Position numbers and translations under genes: made by a program. DNA of 64,000 nt from Paraspadella gotoi. Lineage: Eukaryota; Animalia; Chaetognatha. The stretch lies in assembly GCA_051294375.1 (NCBI GenBank), contig CM119270.1, forward strand, positions 9,797,530 through 9,861,529. Reading direction: 5' to 3'. The notes beneath the pieces are model-generated. The model saw nothing but the letters and a program-made list of their open reading frames with translations, did not search any database and was not told the origin of the DNA. This document shows, piece by piece, positions 15,101-27,100 of the stretch (the first letter of the stretch is position 1; each line of letters begins with the position of its first letter).

Positions 15101-18100
15101 TTCAGAAAAGAAAATTTTTTTTTTATTTGTTTAGATAAAAGAAAGAAATATATAGAGATATAATTTCAAGAAATAAAAGAAAGGGAAAAATATGTTACAA
15201 TTGTTTACAATTGGAAATTTTTCCAATTTTTTGCAATCATAGCTTGTAAAAGATTTTATTTTTATTTGTATTAAAATTAAGATATAGCTTCTCATTAAAA
15301 AGGTCCTTTGAGTTCCCATTTTTATTAGAGATTTAAAAAATTTTTTTTGAATTTCATCTTCAATATTATATACTGCAATATGTAAATTAGAATATAGCAT
15401 TTCTATATACTAATTTGGATATTATAATGAGTACTATAATCTCATTTGCATATTGCAGTAAATCATAATGAAGTGGAAATTCAAACCAAAAATACTTAAA
15501 TCCAAATGTAATAAGAAAATATCAAAGCTATTTCAAGATGAGAAGCCATATCTAAATTTTTAACTTACTATGATCGCACACATTTGTAAAACTTTATCAT
15601 AATTCATAATAATTTTTATTAAAAAAAAACGGTAAGTCACAGCCAAACCTATAAAAGCGTAGTAGTTTTTATATAAAAACAGCGTGACACCGACGACGAG
15701 GACGACTACGACGTCACAAAGAAGCCTGGCCTTAACATTATAGAGCCAGGACCAGGCTGGAAGGGCAGAAAAAAAGGAGAGAAAAGAAAGGTGGAAAGAA
15801 GGAGGGGAAAAGAGAGAAAGAAAAAGAAAGAAACAGAAGGGTATAAACTATAAAGTTAGGCGAATAAAGAATAAGAGAGATTAGGATAGAAAAAAGATTG
15901 GGGTTGATAATAAAAAAGGAAAAAAAAACATTGAAAAAATGGAGAAGAGAGAGAGGGGGGAAAATATGGTGAGAAAGGGAGAGGAGAATAAGAGAGGACG
16001 GAAAAAAAAACTTTTCTTTTAAAAAATTAAACATTTCCTAACAAATAATAACAAAATCGTATTTGAAAATTAACCGAATTTAACCGTTAAAATAAATATA
16101 TTAACGGTTAAGTTAAAATTATAATTAATTAACTGCCTAATTAATTAATTAATTAATTAATTAACTTGAATAATTTAATTAATAATTAATTACCGATAAT
16201 GGCAGATCCGACATTGTTTGCTCAAACCTGTTTCTGTAATACTTAGAAGAGAGATAGTAGGGGGTGTCTAATATAGAATATATCAAGTTCTCGTAAGGTT
16301 TAATTTGACTAATCCCTGGCCTTAAATGGAAAAAAAAATCTATTTCACTATTTGAACGGCAATTACTAATAAGTGAACGGGGCGAATTGACTAGAAATTT
16401 TGTATGTGGGTAGGAAAGTGTGTGATTAAGCTGGAAATCAAGTTTCGATGGAATCGTCTGAGTGGAAATGAGTTTAAATGGAAAAAACAAAAAACCTGTT
16501 TCACTAATTGACTATGCTTCTTTTTCTTTTTATATTAAATGTAAATGCAAGATGTATTAATTATTCAAATAATTAATCAGTTAACTATTCAATTAATCAA
16601 TTAATTAATAAATAATTAATTAAGAGTTCAAATAATCAATCAATTAATTATTCAATCAATCAATTTATTTAGTTATCTATTAATTAATTATTAAATCAAT
16701 ACATTTATTTATAAATTAATTAATTATAAATTAATCAATCAATCAAGTCAATCTTTATCGGCATTATTGTCGTCATCACCATCATCGTCGTCATTGCTTT
16801 TGTCGTGATCAGTGAGGAAAAGACCTAAAAATAAACATTTCGGATCAAATTAATGAATTTATTAATTAAATTATTATTTTAGTTTATATAGTTTGTATTA
16901 ATTAATTAATTAATTACCGCTAACCACTGACTTAGTCAATTACAATATACATTTCCCCGTCCTTACTTACTTAGATTCAGTCAGACCTACCCGACCTTAG
17001 TTAGAGCAGTGTACACCAATCACCAATGAATCCAACTGAACCCCACCTGCGCTTCCATGAGCTTCTTCTGCACGCCCCTCACGTCCTGGACGTACTGGCC
17101 CATCATGTCCATTTCGCAGTAATCGTTAAACTCTTCGATTCTGTTCCTCAGCTTCTCCAAGTCGCCGGTGACTCTGTCCCGTTTTTCCGCCAGCGCCTCT
17201 TCGAACCCCAAGCGCGCCTCCTCGCAGATGGAAGCGTTTTCTTCGAAGATGGGCTGGATCTGACAAAGGTTGGGTTGAAGGATTTAAATGCCTGGCAGAT
17301 TTAATAAATAAAATGATTGGATGATTAGATAAAAGCTTGATTGAATTATTTAATTTATATATTCATTCTTTTATTGTTTGATTGATTGACTGAATTTTTA
17401 GTCGGATCTGCTTATCAGCAGATCCCGACTCTATAAATCACTTTGTCGGTCCGTCGGTCCGCCCCCTCAATATTGTCGGGCACTAACTTATATCATGTCA
17501 GAACATCGAATTATGATAAATTATGCAAAAAAAAATGATGTCCGTCCGTCCGTCCGTCCGTCCGTCCCACCTTAGATTAAAAAACACCAATTACTCGTGA
17601 TTGGATGGATGGATTTGAATGAAATTTTGTGTGTGGGTAGGGAAGTGTGTGAATAAGCTGGATATGAAGTTTCGATGGAATCGTCCGAGTGGAAATGAGT
17701 TTAAATGGAAAAAACAAAAAAATATATTTGTGGATAAGGCGCTACGTGGGATGAAGATGACTGTCCGTAACTTCTATAACCCCCTCTCGCAGCCATGGAA
17801 CGGGTCCCTGGGCTTGGAACCAGGCTTGAGGGTTTGCCATGCCCCCAAGGGGGCTTACGGCCGTACTCACGCTTCCCGCAGGGTAGGTACCGGGTTGGGA
17901 TTGAACCCGGTACTTAGTGGTCATGAGCTGATGGCTTTACTCAATGAGCCACCGGGTCATAACTGAAAGTGTCATGATTCTAGGCAGGGTGAACCTAGGC
18001 AATGCCCGACTACATATTTTACTATTTGAACACCAATTGCTCATGAGTGGATGGGGCGATTGACCTGGAATTTTGTATGTGAGTAGGAAAGTGTGTGATT

Positions 18101-21100
18101 GAACAGGAAACCAAGTTTCGATGGAATCGTTTGAGTAGAAATGAGTTTAAATGGAAAAAAACAAATAACCTGTTTCACTAATTGATTATGATTTTTTTCC
18201 TTTTATATTAATTGTAATTGCAGGATGTATTAATAAATAAAATAATTAATCAGTTAATTAATCAATTAGTCAATTAATTAATCACTAATTAATTATTCAG
18301 TCAATCAATCCGTCCATCCGTCCCACCTTAGCAAAAAGCCCCAATAACTCGTGAATGGCTGGTTGGATCGGAATGAAATTTTGTGTATGGGTAGGAACAT
18401 GTGTGATGAAGCTGGATATAAAGTTTCGACGGAATCGTGTGAGTGGATTTGAGTTTAAATACTCTAATTAATCATAATTGGATGGATAGATTGAGTTCAA
18501 ATTTTGTGTGTGGGTAGGAAAATGTGTGACGAAGCTTGATATAAAGTTTCGGTACGAGTGGAAATGAGTTTAAATGAAAAAAATATGAGTCACATTTACT
18601 TGACTCTTTTTACTTATTTTAACGCATAATAGATTGAGATGAAATTTTGTGAGCGGGAAGGAAAGTTTGTGAAGAAGCTAGATATAAAATTTTGACGGAA
18701 TTGTGCCAGTGGAAATGAGTTTAAATGGAAAAAATATAAGTCACATTTACTTTATTTTAAGGAAATCGATGATGATAAACTGTATATAAATTTATAATTA
18801 ATTATTAAATATTAAAATTAATTAATTTATTAATTAATTAATCGATTAATTAATTAATTAATTAATTTTCGTAGGCAGATCCGACATTGTTTGCTCAAAC
18901 TTGTTTTGATTGGCGACTTGTTGTTTACTTGAATTTCCAGTCAAATCTTGATTCATGGATTTATTTCCTTCTGTCTTTCTTTCTTCATTCCTTCTTTCCT
19001 TTCTTCTTTTTTCATTCATTCCTTCCTTCCTTCCTTCCTTCCTTCCTTCCTTCCTTCCTTCCTTCCTTCCTTCCTTCCTTCCTTCCTTCCTTCCTTCCTT
19101 CCTACCTTTGATGGCCAAGTCAATACACGACTGTTGATGTCGATTTCTTCGGGCGAAAACATGTAGACGTCGACGAGATATCGCAATCTGTTTAAGTATA
19201 AAAACATTTATAAAATCGATCGAAATTAACTATTTGATTATTTAATTAATGAAAAAATAATATATTTTTTGTTTTCCGTTTCATCCTCAGCCAAGTGCCT
19301 GACCTGTTCTGCGCCTCCTGTATCCTCTGGTTGAGGAATTGCAATCCCTCCTCCTCCACCTGCTCTATGAACTCCATCATCTCCATCATATCTTCAGTGT
19401 CTTCTGGCGTCTTGAGCGCCTTGGCGCGGATGGTCTCAAACTCGCGGCAGATGCTGCAAGAAAAACGGCAATTTGGGGGCGGAGGGAGCAGATTATGTTG
19501 TGGCCTATTACAAATGAGATCTCATTTGCATATTGTCGTGTTTTGATGAAGTAATTATAAAAATTTATTCTGGTACAATAAATGTTAGTACAGTATAGTT
19601 TAAACTTATCAATTGCAAGGAAAAAGATTGAGAAATAATTTTAAAAAAATATCAATTTCATCAACAAAAATAATTGTTATTTTGTTGAAGAGTAGGTGCA
19701 AGTGAAGATCTAGTGGGTGCAGCTAAAATTTATCTTATATGTTCCTTTGTCTTACAAAAAGCTTTCTTCTTTGTAGAGCCCTTTAGTACAATATGGTGAA
19801 AATACAAAAAAAATTTTATGGGACTGTTCTTATAGGAGAGAAGATAAGTTAAGTAACCGGAAAAACCAGTAGCTCCACCAATACATATAAATCACTTTAA
19901 AGGGCTTAAACTGAACTGTTATTGTGGCACTAATATTATTTTGGTACTTGCAAAAATATTTTATAAATCAAAAAAAATTATTTTTGTTTCGAAGTATAAT
20001 TTATGATTAAAATACTTTTATAAAAACATAGAATAAAAAATAGAATAAAATAAAATAAAATGAGAAAAAAATTTTTGTTGAAAAATATCAAAAAAATAAT
20101 TTTTAAAAGATTTAAGATAATAACTAGTTTGAGCAAACAATGTCGGATCTGCCCACGATCATTATCGGTAATTAAATAATTAATATTTAATTAATAATAA
20201 ATTATTTCAAGTTAATTAATTAAAAAAATAAACAAAAAGATATAATTTTTAAAAATAAAATTAATTTTTTTTTAAATCTTAGAATCTTACAAAAAGAGAG
20301 ATGAGGAAGGTATAAAAACTTTACTTTAAAAATAAAAAATCGGTGATTATTTTTTTTAATTAATTAATTAATTAATTACCAATAATGATCGGTGGGCAAT
20401 CCGACATTGTTGCTCAACTTTGTTATTAATTATATGTGGATTTAAAATCCACCCAACCGTTCATCAGCGCCATTGGTGCCGGAGGCAAGTCATCACCTCC
20501 CAACCCAAAGGGTCGGGTTCTAGCCCAGTGGTGCGTCTGGCAGTTTAAGAGGGACGGGGCGCTTAACCCGCCTGTAACATGGTGTTACACGCCTGATCCG
20601 AAGCTCAGGGACTGCTTATATTGAATGGTTCTGTCATTAACACATATCAATAATTACTGTCTCTTCATTGGTGAGCCCGACTTCCGAACACAACAGCAAA
20701 CAACAACACTTTCAGGCGACATGCCTCAACCTGGCGATGCACTTTCCGCCCACAACACATCAGGCGACATGCTTCAACTTGGTGACAAACTTTCCAAACT
20801 AACAACAACAATTCACTGAAGGAGACGAGCAGCAGACTTCTCCCTATCGGAGGGGGGATGTATGGTGGACTAAAATCCACACAACCGTTCATCATGGCCA
20901 TGTGTGCCGCGAGGACAAGTCATTCGCCTCCCAACCCCAAAGGTCCGGGGTTCTAGCCTGGTGGTCGCCTAGCAGTTAAGAGAGGACGGGGCGCTTAACC
21001 CGCCTGTAACTCGGTGTTACAGCCTGATCCGAAGCTCAGGGACTGCTTATATTGAACGGTTCTGTCATTAACACTTATCAATAATTACTGCTCTTCTTCA

Positions 21101-24100
21101 ACTTCTATATTTAATTCTTCATTTGGACAAGTACATACTTGGAGTTGTATCACTAATAAGTCTAAAACAAACTACTCTACAACATTTTCAGATGGTTTTT
21201 TATGCTTTTATTGAGCTTAACAAATTTTTCGAATTTATTTCAATTTGACTTTTTACTTTATGAACCAATATAAAAAATTATCCAATTCATTTAATAAATA
21301 AAGCTATCTTGCCCCTGACTTGGACAGTAAGGCTAGTAAGAATTCCTAATTTCACTTTATTAAAATTCTATAAGATAATAGTAAGGAACGAACAACATTA
21401 TACTAATGAACCGTTCAATATACAGCAGTCCGCTGAGCTTCGGATCAGGCTGTAACACCATGTTACAGGCGGGTTAAGCGCCCCCCGTCCCTTCTTACCT
21501 CGCTCCAGACGACCACCAGGCTAGAACCCCGGACCTTTGGGTTGGGAGGCGAATGACTTGCCCTCCGGCACCAATGGCCGCTGATGAACGGTTGGTGGAT
21601 TTTAGTCCACCATACAATAAATGTTAAAATTTCAAACAGTTTTTTTAAAGAATTTTTTTGGCCAGATTTGGATTCGTCATAAAAAGTTGATAAAAAGAAA
21701 TATAACTCTTTTTGAAAAATTCTTTCATTAAGTGGGGTCAAAAAATTAGAAAAGCTATATTTTAAGCTAAAAGAAAACTTAACGTTTTTTACATATTAAA
21801 TATAGTTTTTTAAATTTTGATCCCACTTAATGAAAGAATTTTTAAAAGATGATTTATATTTTCTTTTATCAACTTTTAACATGCCCACTTAGTTCCCTTG
21901 TGGGCAGTGGGTTTCCGCTTTCATCTGTGGTCAATAAATAAGTGGAGCGGTGTGGGCTGTAAATTTGTTAGTCTGAGTCTAGTGGCCGCTGTGTCCGGAT
22001 GCTTAAAATATTGGGAAGTGATGATTGGAAGTGATGATTGGGGAGGTGATTACTGAGCTCCCTTCTGGTTATTTCTCCCGTTTATCCGTGTCTTTTGTTG
22101 TGTTCTTCGGCGTCGGTTAATAATTGTGAGGTATGTTTTAATTTCTTTGAATATTTTAATTTTTAAAATGGGATTTTTTTCGTCCCTTTTTTAACTAAAA
22201 TAAACAAAATGGAGACTAGTAACACTGATTGTCTCTGACCGGTCCAGGAGTGGTCCCCATCTGGGTCATAACCAATTTAAGGGGGAGAGAGGAAAAAATA
22301 ATTCCCTCTGCTTAAGGTTTTTGTCCAACCCTAAGCCTTCATCTTGTACCTCCTTATCTGTCCCCGCATTCTGTAGACCTCCCATCTTGTTTCTTTTGTT
22401 TTTTAGAAATTGTTCCTCCTTTTCCACCCCCCGTCCCCGCGGTCTCTGTCCGCTTTGCAAATCCTTTTGCCCAGTTCTTGATGCGGCCTTGAATCTTTGG
22501 GTGGAGAAAGAGGAGGAGGAGGAATGAAGAAGAAGAAAGGTAAGGAGGAGAAGAAAAGAAAAAGGAGGAGGAGGAGGAGAAGGAAGAAGAAAGGGAGGAG
22601 GAAAGAAGAAGAGAAGGAGGAAGGAGGAAAGAAGAAGAAAGAGAGGAGGAGGAGGAAGAAGGAGGCGAGAGGAGGAGGAGCAGAAAGAAGAAGAAGAGGA
22701 GGAGGAGAAAGAAGAAAGAGGAGGAGAAAAAGAGGAAAATCTGGAAAAAAGGAGAAAATTTTCTTTTTTTTTGGAAAAGATGGTCGACAAAAAAAAAGGG
22801 GGGAATGAAAAATTCCGGAAAACCGGCCCGAGTGGAAAGTGGGTCTCTCTCTCTCTCTCTTTCTCTATCTCTGCTCTCGTTCGCTCACTCTCTTTCTCTC
22901 TCGCGTCTTTCTCTCTCTCCTCATTCTCCTTTCGCTCTCGGGTGATGTGTCGAGGACTACCAAAAGTGATTTACCAGAAAAAAAAGAGCCGGACGTTCGA
23001 TTCTCCTGTGCGGAATAAAGATGGGAATGTATCTTCGTTTGGAGGCGTGGCCCTTTACCTGGGGGAGGTTCAGGTCAATGTGAAAAAAAAAAGAAAAAAA
23101 GAACAAGAAGAACGGTGATTTCTAATGTGTTGCTGGGGGGCGGGGCGCCGCAGTGACTTTATTATATTCATGTTGGGTAAAGTTTCCCTTAATCACAATA
23201 TGACATAACAAGACAAATGACTAAACGAAACCTTTCTTTGGCCGTGGTATTTATGCACCTGCACTCAAAAATTCGTCTTTTATTACCTTAATAGTTTTTT
23301 AGCGATTTCCTGAAGGCGGCGGCTAGTTAGTCCTTTAACATTCTTGAGTTTTAATTTACTGTCTTTAACAAAAGAGGCCCTCCAACTATAGGGAAATTAT
23401 ATGTATTTTTTTAAACGGTAACGTTGGGACCAGACCGATAGCAGAACAAGACATACCGAACAGACCGACGCCGGTGAAAAGTGACTTATAAATTTTGCTT
23501 TCCTGCGGAATGCTCTTCTCTTGGCGCAACTACAATAAGAAGGAAAGGAAATAAAGAATGGATCTTCTCTTGTCGAAAGTGGGCGGATTCCCCTGAACTT
23601 ACCTGCAGGGAATTTTAGGGGTTGAGTGAAGAATAAGAGAGATGGAAAAAAAGAGAAAAGTAAAAAAAAATGTTTGTCTGTAAAGGAAACTTNNNNNNNN
23701 NNNNNNNNNNNNNNNNNTGGGCAGATCCGACATTGTTTGCTCAAACTTGTTATTATTATAGTGGATTAAAATCCACCAACCGTTCATCAGCGGCCATTGA
23801 TAAATATATGGTCTTAATTAAGAGTGCATATGGGGATAATAAATCAACTGTAATTATTCAATTCAGATATCTTTCAATTATTTTAGGTTTTATCTATTAA
23901 TTAATTTAATTAATCAATTTACATTTTTTAATAAATTAAAATTAATTTAAAATTAATCAACCTTCAATCGGGGAAGGTCAATCTTTATCGGCATTAATTG
24001 TCGTCCATCACCATTCATCGGCGTCATTGCTTTTGGTCGGTGATCAGTGAGGGAAAAGACCTAAAAAATAAATCATCGGATCAAATTACATGAGAAATTT

Positions 24101-27100
24101 ATTAGAATTTAAAGTTATGTTATTTTTAGCCTTATATAGGTTTTGGTATTAATGGAGTTAATTAATTAATCCCGGCTAACGACCACTGGACTTAGGGTCA
24201 ATTACCATATACATTTCCCTCCTTACTTATAGATTCAGTCAAGACCACCCGGACCTTTAGTTAGAAGGCAGTGGTACACGCAATCACCCAATGGAATCGC
24301 CAACTGAACCCAAAGTGCTGCTTCTCCATGAGCTCTTCTGCAACGCCCCTCTAAGTACTGAATGCGTCCTGGACGTACTGGGCCCCATCATAGCAGTTCC
24401 ATTTTTCGCAGTAATCGTCTGTAGAACGCTTCGATTCTGGTTCCTTCAGCTTCTCCAAGTCGCCGGTGACTCTGTACCCGTTTTCCGCCAGCGCCGTCGA
24501 ACCCCTAAGCGCCCTCTCGGCGAGATGAGCGTTTTCTTCGAAGATGGCGAACTGGATCTGAAGCAAAGGTTGGGTGAAGGATTTAAATGGCCTTGGCAGA
24601 TTTAAATAAAATAAATGATTGGATGAATAGAATAAAAGCTTGACTGAATTATTTAATTAATAATTCATTATCTTTTTCATATGTTTATTGACTGACTGAT
24701 ATTTTTACGAGTCGATCTGCTTATCAGCAGATCCGACTCCTATATAATCACTGTGTTGTGCGGTGCGCGCGGCGGGTCCGCCCCCTCAATCACCTGGGCT
24801 CGAGAGAATCGGGATATCATGTTCAGGAAACATCGAATTAAGTGATATATAATTAATGCAAAAAAAAAAATGATGTCTCGTCCGTGTCCGTTCCGTCCGT
24901 CCGTCCCACTTAGATTAAATAACAGCCGGAAAATTACAAGGATGATGAGGATTTAGGAATGAAAATTTTGTGGTGTGGGTAGGAGGAGAGTGTGTGTAAT
25001 AAGCTGGAATAAGTTCGGATGATCGGTCGAAGTCACACGATAATGAGTTTAAAATGGAAAAAAACAAAAAAAATATAATTTGGATACACGGCTATCGTGG
25101 GTGAAGATGACTGTCCGTAACTTCTATAGATCCCCGGGCCGTCTCCAGCCATGAACGGGTCACGGTCTTTGGATCCAGGCATGAGGGAAGCATGACCCCA
25201 CACACACACGGGGCTTAACGCCGACTCACGCTTCCGTCAGGTAGGTACCCCAAAAAACAAAAAGGGAAGATAATAGAGGAAATTAAGAAAGAATATATAT
25301 ATATAGAGGTACAAAAGAATAGAAGAACAAAATAACATCACAAGAAACACCAGAAAACAAAAAACTAAAAGGTGTCCATGAAAACTAAGACAGAGAAGAG
25401 TGAAACCACATAGGAACAAAAAAAAATGCCCGACTACATATTTTACTATTTGGAAACAGCCAAATTGCTCATGAGTGGATGGGGCATTGACCTGGAATTT
25501 TGTAATGTGAGTAGGAAAAGTGTGTGATTGAACAGGAAACCAAAAGTTCGATGGAATCGTTTGACGTAGAAATGAGTTTTTAAATGGAAAAACAATAACG
25601 CTGTTTCACTAAATTGATTATGATTTTTCCCTTTTATATTAATGTAAATGCAGGATGTATTCATAAATAAAATAATTAATCAGTTTAATTAATCAATTAG
25701 TCAATTAATTAATCACTAATTAATTAAATTCAGTCAATCAATCCGTCCATAGCCGTCCCACCTTAGCAAAAAGCCCCAATAACTCGGTGAATGCTGGTTG
25801 ATCGAATGAAATTTTGTGTATGGGTAGGAACATGTGTGATGAAGCTGGATATAAAGTTTCGACGGAATCGTGTGAGTGGATTAGAGTTTAAATACTCTAA
25901 TTATCATAATTGGAATGGATAGATTGAGTTCAAATTTTTGTGTGTGGGTAGGAAAATGTGTGACGAGCTTGATATACAAGTTTCGGTACGAGTGGAAATG
26001 AGTTTAAATGAAAAATATGAGTCACATTTACTGACTCTTTTAACTTATTTTAACGCATAATAGTTGAGAATGAAAAATTTTGTGAGCGGGAAGGAAAAGT
26101 TTGTGAAGAAGCTAATATAAAATTTTGACGAATTGTGCCTAGTGGAAAGAGTTTAAATGGAAAAAATATAAGTCACATTTACTTTATTTTATAGGAAATC
26201 GATGAGTGATAAACTGTATATAAATTATAATTAATTATTAAATATTAAAATTAATTAATTTATAATTAAATTAAATCGATTTAATTAATTAATTATTAAA
26301 TTTTTCGTAGGCAGATCCGACATTTGTTTTGCTAACACCATTGTTTGATGGCGACTTGTGTTACTTGAATTCACAAATCTTGATTCATGGAATTTATTTC
26401 CTTCTGTCTTCTTTCTTCATCTCCTTCTTTCCTTTCTCTTTTTTCATTCATTTCCTTCTCCTTCATTCCTTCTTCTTCCTTCCTTCCTTCCTTCCCTTCC
26501 TTCCTTCCTTCCTTCCTTCCTTCCTTCCCTTTCCTTCCTTCCTTCCTCCTACCTTTGATGGGCAAGTCAATACACGACTGTTGATGTCGATTTCTTCGGG
26601 CGAAAACATGTAAGCGTCGACGAGATAATCGAATTCTTTAAGTATAAAAACATTTATAAAAGATCGATCGAAATTAACTATTTGATTATTTTAATTAATG
26701 AAAAAATAATATAAATTTTTGGTTTTCCGTTTCATCCCTCAGCCAAGTGCCTGACCTGTTCTGGCGCCTCCTTATCCTCTGGTTGAGGGAATTGCCAATC
26801 CTCCACCTCCACACTGCTCTATGACTCCATCATCTCCATTCATATCTTCAGTGTCTTCTGGCGTCTTGAGCGCCTTGGCGTGGATGGTCCTCAAACTCGC
26901 GGCAGATGCTTGCAAGAAAACGGCAATTTGGGGGCGGAGGGAGCAGATTATGTTGGTGGCTATTACAATAAGAATCTCATTTGCATAGTTGTGTGTTTTG
27001 ATGAAGTAATTATAAAAATTTATACTGGTACATATAAATGTTATACAGTATAGTTTAATTATCAATTGCAAGGAAAAAGAATTTGAGAAATAATTTTTAA

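Noticed and set aside
21580-21614. CTGATGA plus hairpin on the antisense strand of family A as a hammerhead
   Set aside because: No GAAA or stem III follows, and the motif is not conserved in family B.
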